NCBI GenBank assembly: GCA_012295275.1
Contig: CM022665.1
Coordinates: 13,578,001-13,642,000 of the forward strand
Length of the DNA: 64,000 bases
Source: Chrysomallon squamiferum
Lineage: Eukaryota; Animalia; Mollusca
Reading direction: 5' to 3'
How positions within the stretch are numbered: the stretch's first letter is position 1; each line of letters opens with the position of its first letter. Under the pieces are notes generated by a model, which saw nothing but the letters and a program-made list of their open reading frames with translations, was not told where the DNA came from and made no database searches. The position numbers and the translations under genes are program-made. This document shows, piece after piece, positions 29,549 through 43,550 of this stretch.

Positions 29549-30613
29549 ATTATTGTTTAGTTTTTTTTTAAATCTGTGGCATCAAAAACAGATGTTTATC
29601 AGATCAAAATTGAAATCCTGAGTTTTATAAACATAGGATAAGGCTAGACAAAAATTACCTTTTGTTAAGATGACTTCAGTAATGATGATACTGGTATTTA
29701 TGTTAATTCCCAAGTCATCAGAATAGTTTTAAAAATAAATACAACATTTTCAAGCTTCTATAGATTACACAACAAACTACTTTTTAGTGTAGTGATATCT
29801 TCCTCTGTTTTTATTAATAGAAAAAGTGTGCTTCATTTTCAAATCACCTCATTAAAAGATAATGCACAATATATCTCTGCATTTCAGGTTGTTTTTGTGT
29901 ATCATTTCAATGAAAATATTTTTGGAACTGTGTTACACAAATATTTCTATTATCTGTATCTGATTTGTCTATCCTCTCTTGGTGACAGATGCTCTTTAAT
30001 GTTTAGCCTAATTCAATCTACACTACATAGTTCAGAAAGTGTAGTTTTTAAACTGGGATAAGGTTGAAAGACTAAGAGCTGCAATGTTTACATTTTAACA
30101 ATTTTACCTTTTTAACAATGACAGCATGAAACCAGAGTAAACAGAATATACCTCTTCATTAAATATAGTATTTATGACAAAGAGATAGAAAAACGTTCAA
30201 AGTTAAAGGAACTGCAAACAGTAAAAATGGAAGTTCCCTATATGCTTGGATATAAATTAAATATCTGAAATTAATTGCAAATGCCATCAAAGGTAACTGA
30301 AAGCTATTAATCTTTTGTTGTTCAGTATCTGAACAATTACACTGCTTGACAAATGGGAATTACATTATCTGCTGTGTACTCGCTTGAAAATGTTTACCAT
30401 AGATTTGTAATAAATTACCAAGATTGCTTGTTCAGAGGCTTTGATCTAACCTTAAAACAGAAACAAATGAAACATGTATATTTGCCAATGAAGCTAATTA
30501 AGACACCAGATCATTTAGTGTCCTTGTATTAATAATATTGTTAAAGGCAGTGTTTATTTTAACCATTTTATTTTATGAAGATAAAATTGACCTTACAGAT
30601 TAGTGTTAAATTA

Positions 30614-31209
30614 CCATATATACTTCTGTATAAGTCGAATTTTTGGGAGACTATATTAAGGTAATATTTTGGGGGTCGACTTATACATAGGTAATGCTTT
30701 TGTAGCTGTTGCTAAAGAGTCGCCATTTTGACTATTTTTTGCTACGGGATGCATCTAAAATAATCGCGGTCTTTCAGCTTTTCAAAAATATAATTTTATC
30801 GTATAAAAATTTTTGAAAAATTAAATAACAAAACCAAATACGAATGTAAAACATGATATTCTTCCGTTTAATGACATAAAAATACATTTTAAAGCGAAAA
30901 AAACGTCAGTACGGCGTTATGCCTTACGGCGTCTTGCAATGATCTAGGAATGCAGACTTCTCTGCCAAATTGCACTAAATATCAGTCCTAATTTCATAAA
31001 CAAAACTCACTTGTGTAATTGTAAAGAATTTGGTGAAATAATATTGCAATCGTCATTAATATCCACTACCGACAAATCGAAAACAAAGTGACAGTGCCTG
31101 GAATCTACAGTCGACTTATACACAAGTAATACCTAAAATGACGCAATTTTTGGTCTTAAAATACACATCGACTTATACCTAAGGTCGCCTTGTACATAAG
31201 TATATACGG
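30614..31209. mobile_element. Non-autonomous Tc1/mariner-superfamily (Tc2/pogo-like) MITE, 596 bp
   Basis: Left TIR CCATATATACTTCTGTATAAGTCGA versus reverse-complemented right TIR CCGTATATACTTATGTACAAGGCGA (21/25 identical). TA target duplication on both sides (30612-30613, 31210-31211). Internal repeats of TCGACTTATAC near 30676, 31111 and 31168. No transposase ORF. CpG-rich relative to the flanks. Confidence 0.85.
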
Positions 31210-34200
31210 TAGTTTACTTATTTGATTTAACCTGAATGTGCATTTTAATTAAAATATTGGTAGTTTGTATAAAATGTTCATTCTGGAATTTTTCTTCCCT
31301 GTATTTAGTTTTCAAAGGCAGATCAAGTTGGATCTAAATGAGTGTTCTAAGACAGAAGGTTATTACTATTACTACACTATTTTTGAAAGAACAATAAATT
31401 GTTTATTGTTGCACATTGCCTTATTGGCTTCAAATATCAGTGTTTTTGGTTTCGGTGTCACCATTCCTTAGTATTTCCTTCTTTTTAATTTTTTTAATTT
31501 TTGACATAAGATAAACAGATGGATTTAGATAAGCATAAAAACTATGACAATGAGTCATTCATTTAAAATATAAATGAGCTTTTGTTTCACAATGGTTGAA
31601 CAGAGAGACAATCTTATTTGTTAAAAAATGGTTTCTTCTATATAAGTATTTTTATAGAGCTATAGAAACACAAATTAAACATGCATACACAGCATCCTGT
31701 TTCCCATCCACCAGCCTCAGCATGTATGTAGTTTTAGTATTTTGTATATGTAGGCTGCTGTGTGTGTGTGTGTGTAAGGAAAAGGTGTCCATTAGGTGAA
31801 TGTGTGTTTGTGTGCATGTGCATGGGTGTAGATTTGTTTATGGATCACTTGCATAGGTGTAAATGAAATGTAAACAGTAGATTTTAAATATATTAATGAA
31901 TATTATTACTAAAAAGGAAGGTGAAAATGTCTACTAGTAAACATAAAACTGACATTTTCCTTGCCAAAATTTAGCTTTTATATTAACAATGGTTAAGTGT
32001 GGTGAATTAAGTAATACAAAATATTGACATTTTCGTGTTTGGACAGCTTGATGCCTAATGATCTTCATACAGTGAGAATGACAGGCTGTTAGATGGCTTA
32101 CTTTTAGGGCTTGCATAAATGTCAACTTTACACACTTCTTTTGTTTGAACAGTAGTGATTTTTATATGAGACAGCATTCTGAGGCCTGAGACTTTTAAAT
32201 TTTAACTTTATTTTGTTAAATGATGATCAGTAGTTTAATTACCTATTACAGAAATTTATATCGGCACCTTTTCTGATGATTAATGTCAACTAACTTTCAA
32301 AAGGAAAGGAGTAATATATAAATAATCTGCTTCAATCACCCCCACACCATTCTGCCACAAAGTTAACAGGTCATTTTAACAAAAACATTAATTTTATGAT
32401 TTATGCAAGGGATTAGTTGTTACAGTACCTGAAAAACTTAGGTACATTTCAATATAATTATTTTAAACTATAGATTTGACTCAAATTTGTAAAGTTATGT
32501 AAGAGTACAGAGTAACAATATATTTTAGTCTGAATTCTGTTTAAGAATGTATTTAATTGTAAGAGTATATTACAAAAGAAAACAGAGTTGTAATTAAGAT
32601 AATTTATGATCACAATTGTGAAATGCTTACAACAAAAGGTACAGTACAAGAAAAACAGTTACAAGAAATTTATTGTAAGATTCATAGTAATGTGAAAGGA
32701 TTTTAGACAGATTATACTGTAATAAAAATAATTTACATTAATGCTTGTAGACACCTAAGTATGAGTTGCAGTAACCGAGATAATGTAGCTTATAATGTCA
32801 AACTAATTGTAGTTATACGATGGCAGGCCATCCATGTAATTGATATGATTTTCTAAATGGCCATTTGTGAATGTCAGCTTAGATTTGTCTTGCTTGGATA
32901 CCCTAACTATATGCTATGATTGTCTTTTCATGATCATACATAGATTAAAATACCATGTTCATGAAAAATAGAAATATATATATATAATACATACTCTATT
33001 TGCATTGTATAAATGTCATCTGCCTCTTTTTGCTATGATAATTATTTGGTGTTTTTTTTTTAATTTTATTAAATTGTTCCTTGAAAATTTTTCTTCATTT
33101 TATATTATAAAACATCAAAATGTGTTCTCTTGTTAAACTTTTCACCATCAGAGTAGTATGAAACAAGTCAGTATTATTATCCAAACATTATTTCTACTTT
33201 TTTCATTTTTTTGACAGAATCAATTTAATGATTATCTAGAAGAAAACAAACAAACAAAAACTGAACCTGCATTGATGTTAGTCATAGCTATATAATGTGC
33301 ACAATAAGTGTTCTCTATTATGGATTCTGTCAGTCAGACAGTTGCATGTCATAATCATTGATAAGACTGTCATGAGGCATAGACTTCTTCCTGTGGGTCT
33401 TTCATGTTCTGTCTTTGAGCTACAACCTGCTCAAAGTTGGTCTGATACAATCATATCTATTCATTGCAGTAAATACAACTCTTTTTTTCATAGACTGATG
33501 AACACAAATGTGCTGATTTGCAGTTTTTTCAGAGGTTTTATCCTTTTTCCCCCATCAAACATACCTATTATACTAGGTAAAATTAAGTAATAAATGAAAA
33601 TTTTAATTCCTGTTCCAGAGTTCAGTCTCTATCATGCTTTTACCATCTACAGCTGCCCCCCATTCCTCAACCAAATATTAACAGAAATATCTTGAATAAC
33701 AAAATTTTCAATCAAAACACATTTTTGAATACAATAAGTGAGCACCTGTTGAACCAGGCACCTGAACATTGTAATTTAATTATCCCTGGGATCATAAGAA
33801 GTCATGGGAAGGTGGTTGTTGATATATCTGATTTTGATTCCTACATACACATGTACATGTATTATGTTTCAAACAAAACAGATAAATTTAGATTAAGCTG
33901 AAAAAAGATTTCTAGAGCTTTATATTATAGGTGAAAATACTTTTTAAAAAATATTCCTAGATTTATTATTAGATATTCAGTGTACCTTAAGTGAGGGTGG
34001 AGCTTTACTTCTAATTGCCAATGTTTTGTGTTAATACTAGATTGGTATAGAGTCTAGAGAATAGTCCAAAATACTTTTGTGGTATATCAAGATCTATACA
34101 CATGCACTTGAGTAGTGCAAATATTGAATTCTCAACAGAGTGTAGGAAATAATGAATTTTCTTTCATCCAAGTTGACATAAGTTAATAGAATGTGTGAAA

Positions 34201-37200
34201 TATAAACTAGTTACTTGTATTGTTCCATTTCAGATAGAAAAACTGTTCTCAGTAACACAGTTAACATTTCAACCAATTCTTGTAGAATTTGTTTCTTTCA
34301 ACACAAAAGTACAGCTATTGGCAAAAATATGCAGTTCAGTTCAGTTATATATATATATATATATATATATAAAGGTGGGATGCTTTGGTAGATATATTAT
34401 TGTTATAGTAACTCTAAAAATGTTGGTGACATTTTTGTTTTTGCTTGAAGTAAGCTTTTAAAAGATTGAGGCACTGGTCATCCTTCATATTTTTTTTGTA
34501 TTTTTTTTTTTTGTATAAAGAATGTGCTTAGTGCTGATTGGGAAAATCATCCATTCAACATGGGCTGTTTTCTTTTAAACTTGAGTTTAATTGTTTGAAC
34601 TATAACTAATATTATAGTAACAAATTATACAAGATAACTGATGACATTTCATTACAAAAATATTCATTGAAACTATTACTTAATCTGAATCTCCTCCAGT
34701 GACATCAAGCAGCTGATGGTGTTAGTTTTTGGTGATAGAAATACTTGCCAGTAATTATCAGTCAGGAATGTTTTCATGGAAAGTTTAAACATCACAAAGT
34801 TTTATTAACTGTGAAACTACAAGTTAATTATACTAAAACAACAGTATTATTAATATAATTAGAGGAATATAGGTAGTCAGCGTTGTTCTGTCCTATGTAA
34901 ATGTCATTAAAGTATTACTATTAGCAGTTTTTCATTACATGCAAATTTTCTGATCCTGTTATACCAGTATAATTTACATTAGCCAGTATCATTCTGAAGT
35001 AATAATTTCAGAAATCTTGATACTGTAATCTTTTGTACATGTTCTGCACAAAAAGATATACTATTGATATGTTATGAAAAGTTTTGATAAGATAGTTCTT
35101 AATAAAAAAAAACTAAAATTACATAATCGTTGAATAAATTACTGAAATACCACAATCATTTCACTGTCTAAAATTTTTAACAGGAAAATAATGGATATAA
35201 TGGAGTCTAAATATATCCAAGGCTCATTTAAAAAGCCTTTTTATATTTTATTTATGAACTGTTTGTTTTTACTTTTTTAAATTTTCAGTGTATGTAATTA
35301 TTTTGGGGTGTTTTTTTATTTTTATTTTTTTTTTTATGTTTTTTTTTTTTTTTTCCTTCTGTTTTTTTGGTTGTTGGTATAATTGTCTGGCAGACAAGAA
35401 GAAAGCTGATATTACATGTGCACCTGATCTGAAGTACCATCTAATAAATTATTTGTAATTTGTTTAGCAGATAGGCTGCCACATTTTTCCAACTGCTAGC
35501 AAAATTGCTGCTGTACCAATCATTCCAATCTTTTTGTCTTACACAGAGAATTTCTTTGTCAGGTGAAGAAGCCTTTGTAGCACATTCCCCATCCATCACA
35601 TGTCTAACCTGACTCCAAAGATGTGGCCAAAATGTGTCTTGTCTTTGGAGCATGTCAAGCAAGCTTGTATACACAGGCAGCAAACAAGCCACGCCACAAT
35701 GAGCATATAAATTATGATTTTGATTTGCATGCCATAACACAGCAGAATTGGTGTCTTTAAAAAAAAAAAAAAAAAAAAATAAATGAAGTTTTAAAAAACT
35801 TAGATGGTTAAGAAAGAAAAAAAAAAGTTTAAATTATTAGGTATGTCATCAGCTGAATGGAGTCCACATTTCTTGAAGGTTATCAATACAGCTTGTATTC
35901 AACAACACCAGGAGGTCCTGGTTAATGACCCATAGAAGCTAGAAAAAAAAAAAGAGATGTTGTTTTCAAGTTTACATTGCTAAAGTTTCAGATTGATAGT
36001 AGTTTTCTTGCCTTGTACATGTGTGTTTACCTTGGTTTTTTTGCTTGGTTTTTGTTTTGGGTCTGAAGGGAATTGTCAATATCCATGGGTAAAATGAAAG
36101 AATAATGACTTCTTTGCATGTGAATGTGTGATGGTAGTAAGAGGTGATGTTACTCAGGATTAAATTGGTATTACATGGTTCAGAAAATATCTTAATTTCA
36201 TTGTTGAATGGTTTTAAATGTACAGCCTACCATTCATATAATTTACACACTTACTGTACATATTTTTTGCAAATGCACAACTTAATTGTATCCTCTGTTG
36301 GATATTTATATAAAAAGTTTTAAATCACAGCTGGAAACTTTAGAATGATTTCTGAAGATTTTAAAAAATTGAACTTGTTTTACATAATCACTCGAAAAAG
36401 AAAAAAATGTATTTAAAATATATATTACTGATAAAAATGTATTTTTTATAATTTTAAATTTAATTTAATTTTTCATTTTATTAATGTTTTTAATTTTTTT
36501 TTTTATTGATGGTGGTTTATTTAATTCTTTGAAAAGATTTTAAAATTGTATATTATAAAAGTACTAAATTTAATTAAATTAATTTCAAATGGATCCTAAT
36601 CAGATTTGTAAGAAAAATGAATAAACTGTTCTGCAGAATCAGTGTACATGATGGCACAGCCCATGACTGATTCCCTTTAAGAATTAATATACGAGTTTAA
36701 GGGATTGTATTTTAATCACTGTCACAGCTCCTGACAATAATGTATGACTGCAGCCTGTAAGATTAATACTTCTGCCTATGTTTTGACAAACACTTGAAAT
36801 GCTATACTTTTTTCTTTTTTTTTTGTTTTGCTTTGCTGCAGTTTGTCTATACCTACTTGATGTGATAAGAAAAAATAAATAACTGTTTTAGCAATTTAGA
36901 GGAGGGATCAAATGTCTTATGGCATATCCATCCTCATGTAAGAATATTCTTGATTTTTAAAACAAACATATGCATGCAGAATGATGTACTTTATTATTTT
37001 CTTTATTTCTGTCAAGGTTGATCATGTCAAATTTAACTGATAATTTATTGAAAAGTTTATAATATTTGATAATGTGTATGTATGCATGCGATTCATGCCT
37101 TCCTGACTTATTCTGATTATAATGCTTAGTGATATTAAAAATTCTGCCAATTTGGAAAATACTTTTGGCTAAGATATGAAATAGCTCATATAAACATTTA

Positions 37201-40200
37201 GGCAGATTTACTGGTGAATGAATACAATTTACTGTTTAAAAATATACTGCAGAAAGTATCTGATGTCAGTTTACAAGTGTCTTAATTCCTCATCTTCCAT
37301 TACCAGTATGCTTAAACATTGATCTAAATATTTTTATTTGTAAAAAAAAGTAAAAGAACAGATCTGTGAGAAATCTTAAAATTCAAACAGGCAAAGTCCA
37401 GTTTCACAACAGATTAACAGGAAACAAAAATTTGAAAATAAAAATAACATTTGTGCCATTGCTGCATTTTTCATTATAGATATTTTCAATTGTAAATTGT
37501 ATAAAAACACAATGGAATTTCCTACATGTAATTCTTATAGATGTAGTGCTACTTTTTCTATTTCCTAATCATAAAACATTTACAAAAGCCTCATGTGACA
37601 CTGGTTATTAATTTTTATTTTTTTCTGTGTTTGTCTCTATTTAATTAGATTTAATATAAAACGGATAAAACTTTGTATTTCTGGGTGTGGGGGGTTGGAG
37701 AAAGGGACTTTTTGTTTTTGTTTTTTTTTTATTATTATTAATTTTTTAATTTGACTTTTCTTATCTGTGCTTTCATTTGTTAATTTTCCTGATCATTAAC
37801 ATTCCCAAAGATATTCATAAGCTGGCTTATCCTGTTGCATGAAAATGTCAGTTATGTTGATTGCAAAGGAAAGCTGATATAGGCAGTGAATTATAGCCAT
37901 ATAAATCATATTATTGAGACATAAAAAGTGACCTGCTGCCCTAACACATTTTCAGCTTGATCATCTCTGTGTGAAATCTGCCTCTACTAACTGGTTGTTA
38001 CATTTCACATAAACAACGTTAGTCCTTTTGACTTGTTACACTTATTTTTCATTTTATTTATTTTATTTACTTAGTTATTTTATTTATCATTATTATCTTC
38101 TTTTTTTGTCTTTTTTTTTTGTCTTCTGATATTTACAGGGTAGAATTTTTTTTTTAAGAGAAAAGTAATCAGAAAATAATAAAATGTTTGATGCTGCAGA
38201 GCGAGTAATGTTTTATATGCTCTCAGTTTGTAGCTGCTGTCTATGAAATGGCTTTTCTGTGTATAGACAGGCCTCTCAGCAGCTTTCCCCAAACATTTAT
38301 TACCTGCTATTTACAATTATATCACTATAACATACGGTTTTATGGCATTATGATTGTGGTGGATGGTTCTTCACACTTATTGCTACCATCGACAACATGC
38401 CGTTTGAATTACGACAATTGCTTTGTTGAGTGACAATGATGGCTGTTACCTGTAGACAGAAATGGACCATTATTTAATCTTTACAAATAAGGTTTTCATT
38501 TAGGGTTTATATTACTATTAATTATTATGCAACTTTCAAAAATTAAATTGTCTGAGAGCTTGACAATATTTTATGAATGTAAATTAAACATTAACAAAAT
38601 TAATTTACATACTATAAGAATATAAAAAATTTCTCAGTTAACATTCAGATGTATAAAATTATTTTATCTTTTAATGGAATTACAAATATCACATACATAC
38701 TAAATACATATGATAGCAATAATACTACTGAACTATTACCTATCTTGTCTTTTATCTATTTTCTGCTTTTATTGAACAAGTGAATTTTTTTTTATTATTC
38801 TTACAAAAATGCCAGAGTTCGGTTGTTTTTGTACAAATAGTTTGTTATCACATATAAACTGATATGCATTTTTCAGAAAAAACAAATCACATATCATATT
38901 TAGTTTTAACTTGAAGCAAATTACGAAATGGTACAGACTGCATCCATGCATGCCTGTGGTTTGAAAATAAGTGTTATGATATAACCATTAATTACAAACA
39001 GCGGCAGCTGGCCAGCAGAGTGAGTAAACACAACTGAGTGAGTGTGTAGCCGCTTGATGGAGGAATAATGAGCGCTGTCAAGTGCAGGTTATTTCAGCGA
39101 CACACCTGAGCCAGCGATCATCATCAGAGCCTATAGTGACTACCCAGTGCTAGCTCATATGCCACACTGTGACCATGCTGGTCCATTCTGAAAACATGCG
39201 AGACCATGCTGAGCCATTGCCAACATGATGATGTTTCCACATATGTGCACTTAGGGATTACGAAAGATGACACCAGTGTGTATAAATAATCAGATATATA
39301 AACAAACTAGTCTTTGATTGCCTGTACAGGCCCATCAACATCACCATGAAATAATTTCCAGCACACTCCATTGTTACAAATGAACCCATCTCACCCTGAT
39401 TTTCCAATTTTTATACTGTTAAATGACATAATCCACTACACTATTGATCAGTTATAGGACTTTTTATCTTAAAGCCAAAAGAGTCATTTCACATGAAAAC
39501 AGAATTTTAAAAATAGAGAAACTGGAATAAAATGTTTTCAAGTACAGCAGTTTGATGTTTATATGAAATAGAACAACCGATTAGTATTTTTGCAGAAACT
39601 GCAGAAAATCACAAGTCCTACCGAGTATAACACTAAGTAAAGAACAAGATCACATATTTCAACAAAAACAAATTTATCTATCTGTAATTGCTTCCAAATA
39701 GTCTTGTGTTGCTATTAGCAAATTAATAATATTTATGAAATTCAATAAAAGAATAAAATTATTAGTTTTTTTAAACTGATTTTTGTTTATATATTTGTAA
39801 ATAATTAAAATATTTATGATAAGAAAATCATTTATGAAGGTTTTAAGAAAAAGGAAAAGGGGTCTGAGATAAAAATCGCAGACTAAAAAATAAACTAATC
39901 TTACAGTAAAACCTATGCCATTTTCTTGAATTAGTCATAAAGAAAAACCTTTGACAAACCATTTGGGAAAAGCCAGTCAAACAGCCATTCATTGACACTG
40001 ATTCTGTTAATCCATGTGACAGCTGAAACGATACTGATTATATAGGGTGAATGTTCTCTTTTTTTTAATTTATTTTATTTAATTTATTTATTTTTTTAAT
40101 GGCATAATAAATAGTTTTAATGTAATGGATTTATCTGAATTTAAGATCTGAAAAGGAAATTTCTCAATGACAAATCATTTCATAACAAACTTGTTTACGG

Positions 40201-43200
40201 TGTATAACAATTGCAAGGTGAATTTTTTATTTGTTAAAAACACACTTTCAGTTTCATAATGAATATTGAAATGTTTTTCTTTCTGTCAGTTTTTTTCCCC
40301 CCTCTTTTGAAATACAAATTAAGTATTTTGCAGTTTTAAAGAGGATGTGATGAAAGGAAATTGTGAGTTTACTATTGAACGTTGATGAACACTTTCTAAA
40401 AGGTAAATTGATTTATTTTCTGCAGAAATGGCATATCTAAAACAGATTTCTCATGGATGCCAGGTCTTCACAAAAGACCTATTTTGCTAAATTACACTAA
40501 CAGCCCATTACACATACAGCTGCACACTGTTGCCGAAAAAGAATTCTATCTCTTTTTGCAACTGTCATTTGGGTCAGAAAGTGAATATTTGTTTTCAGAC
40601 GATGGCATAAAATCGATTGTTATTTGCCAAAGTTAATGACTCGTGATCAAATGCGTTGAGCACCTGAATTATAATGACAATCCTCTAACTTGATAGTCTG
40701 AAGAATTGATATCATAATCTGTTTTATGGATTAGTAAATTTAAATTATGAACATGTCTTATTAATCTGGCATTAATAATCAAAAAGGATCTGAGCTTGAC
40801 TGTAATAGAACTCTAAGAATAGAAGTTTGGATTGGTGAACCAATGAGACCTGTAACTGTAATTTCTTCTGATTATACTAGGGTTTTTTGGTGTTTTTTAA
40901 CTTTGTTCCAAAATAACCAATTTGTTTTATTAAAATTTTCTGGTGTTTGGTTTAAGAAAGGAAAAGAAAATGATAAAATTTTAACATTTTAATTTAATTT
41001 TCCTAACAGTTTTGTTTCATTATTATTCTTTTTTTTTAATTATTGTTATTTTTTTTCTCCAATTATTCTGTTTTCTATAAATACACTTAACATCAAATTT
41101 ATTAGTCTTTTTATAATTTATTCTTTGCTATGATTTTTTTATATTAGCAGAAAACTTAAACTGGACAGTGTGAGTCATGAATCATGGCTTGTGAGCCATA
41201 GGAGAATACTGATAATAATCAAATGATTAAAAGTGGAAATAGTCAAGAAACTTACTGTGAAAGATTGTGCTCGAAATGATGAAATGGAAATGGATGTTAC
41301 TTAATGTCCTCTTTTCTTAAACATTCTTTAACCCACTTTTACTATGTTTGAAATTGTTCACTATTCTTAATCTAAAATATTTTGTGATAAACTGTGCTTC
41401 TTATTAATGAACAATGTTTCCATCCTTAAAGCAAAAGCTTCCAGGGAGTATTTGAATAATTAAAATAATTTTGTATGTTATAATACCTATTATTATTTGC
41501 TAATATGTTTCGGTTTTCTTTATAATTGTAAGGTGAGTTGTGTATCATAATCTATTGTGGCACATACTGTTCCTTTAAATAGATCTATATTTCATAATTG
41601 TTTAGTTATTTTTTCATTGGTATTTCTTTTCTTTTTTTTTCATACAAATAGTGAAACACTTTAACAGAAAGCAATCTTTATTTTTGCCTGTAACTGTCAT
41701 TTGTATTTGTAATTTAATTGCACATATTTTTATTAGCTGTTATGTAGGTGTTGTCGATGTATCCATATCTGTCATCTTTAGTGTTAGTGAGATCTAGTAA
41801 TAATATGGCATCTGTCAATTATCACACATAAACTTTGACAATACTTACTTGTTAGTGCAACTTGTTAGTGCCATTGAAAACAGCAGATCACAATTACAAC
41901 ATAGTGTTGATTCCAATAAAGCTGAATGTTTTCTGCATTATTTCAAAGTCTGAGCCATCAAATGAAAGCAGTCACAAGCTATCTAATGGTACCACATAAA
42001 GACTTTGTGGCCTGTTACAGACTTTCCCCATTAAAGTGATTTTAGTTTAGGTTGTTAGCAGTGAAAAAGCTCACAAAACTGATTTATGGCCATTGTGGCA
42101 TCCTGTCTGTCAGTCTTGTGGCTCTGTAATAGGAGCAGCAGTTACCCTGCACTGCATAGACTCAGATTATCAAACAAACCAGCCAGCAGACGTGACCTTT
42201 TTGACATTAGGCAATGTTTGGTCACCCACAAAAACATTGGCATTAAAATAGCAAAATGTTTTCAGTACAAGCAAGAGGTGAACATTATGTCTGGTCAGGT
42301 TTGTTCATTGGTCTGGGACAGTGGTTTTGTCTGCTGGAACTAGTGAGATGGTGATTTATTGAGGTGTCTGGCAGGCATGTTGCATTAGCAATCATGAGCT
42401 GTGTCAGTAAAGCAAACATAATATATGGCTAGACATGAAAGGCAGGTGAACCAACATGGAATAGCACATGTCAGCTTAGCATGTACGTGTCTCTGATGCA
42501 TGCTTACAGGAGAAAACATTTGTATAGTGCATAGCTTTCTTGTAGTGTGACTTGTCATGCTTGGCAGTTCTGGCAAGCTGACTATGATTTTTCAGGTTTA
42601 CATCCTTATTTATCATGTAGAATGAAAATGTGTAGATCATTCATGTATTTAAATGATAGACTTCTGTAAAAAAAAAAAAAAAAACTGTTTTTGGATTGGT
42701 TTACCTCTTACATTGTTTCATTAAATTTGCAAACAGGTATATTAAATAAACAAATGTAATCTAAGCCCATCATTAAAAAACCAAAAAACACTGGTTTGAT
42801 GTTAACCCAACTGTCTTATGTTTGATTTTGTTATTACCATCAACTTTTAAATCTCAATTGTAGCAAATATGCTTTGTTTCATTGTGTTCTGCAATTTCTT
42901 GCTACAAACTATTAACAAAGAAACATTCCTTTGTTTCAAAGTTACAGAAAATATATCAGAAATATACAGTGAGTAAAAATGTGTGTAATGTATTTTAAAC
43001 ACAATTTATATTGGCTAGCTTATAACTTATTATTTTGGATTGCATTAAGAATAATTAAACTTCTTTTAAGTACAGGAATAAACAAGTGAGATTGTGAAAA
43101 AATTGGTTAGACATAAAAGCATGGTTTTGCTAAACAAATTAATATTAAATAAAAATGTTTTAAAAATATTTAAACATTTAATAATTTTGCATCTTAGATG

Positions 43201-43414
43201 AAAAAATATTTTGTTAGATACAAGGAAATGGACAAGGATTTTCTCCATATTTTTTGTAATTTTATTATTTAATCCTAATCTTCAATCAAGGATTCTCTGA
43301 TAATTATGAAATCCCTATAAAAATGTTTTATTTTTTAATTTTTTTTTAACCAATTTATGTTCTTAATAACTATCCTCAACTAGTATTTAATGTATGTGTC
43401 TCATTTTTATACAG

Positions 43415-43550
43415 GGATTGATGAAGTAGCTGACGTTGAATTAAAAAGGCCACAACGGGATGAAATTAAAGCTGGTACAGATGTTACTCTTAAGTGTGAC
43501 ATTAGCGGCAACCCAGAACCATCCATTCTGTGGTATCACAACAAGTTCAG
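43415..43550 (+). CDS. PTK7: PTK7/Off-track homolog, coding exon 3 (N-terminal half of Ig-like domain 2)
   Basis: Acceptor catttttatacAG (43413-43414) and donor AG|GTAAGG (43551). T + GG gives Trp, then WIDEVADVELKRPQRDEIKAGTDVTLKCDISGNPEPSILWYHNKFR, which matches PTK7 Ig2 as recalled (WIE...LKHP...EI...VTLRCHIDGHPRP..QW). Phase 1 start, phase 2 end. The ORF track shows only wrong-frame ORFs here. Confidence 0.92.

Noticed and set aside
35441-35740. 99-aa minus-strand ORF and other 60-130 aa intronic ORFs as nested genes
   Set aside because: No recognisable domains, composition biased to F/L/I/Y/C as in AT-rich noise, and no consistent splice structure.
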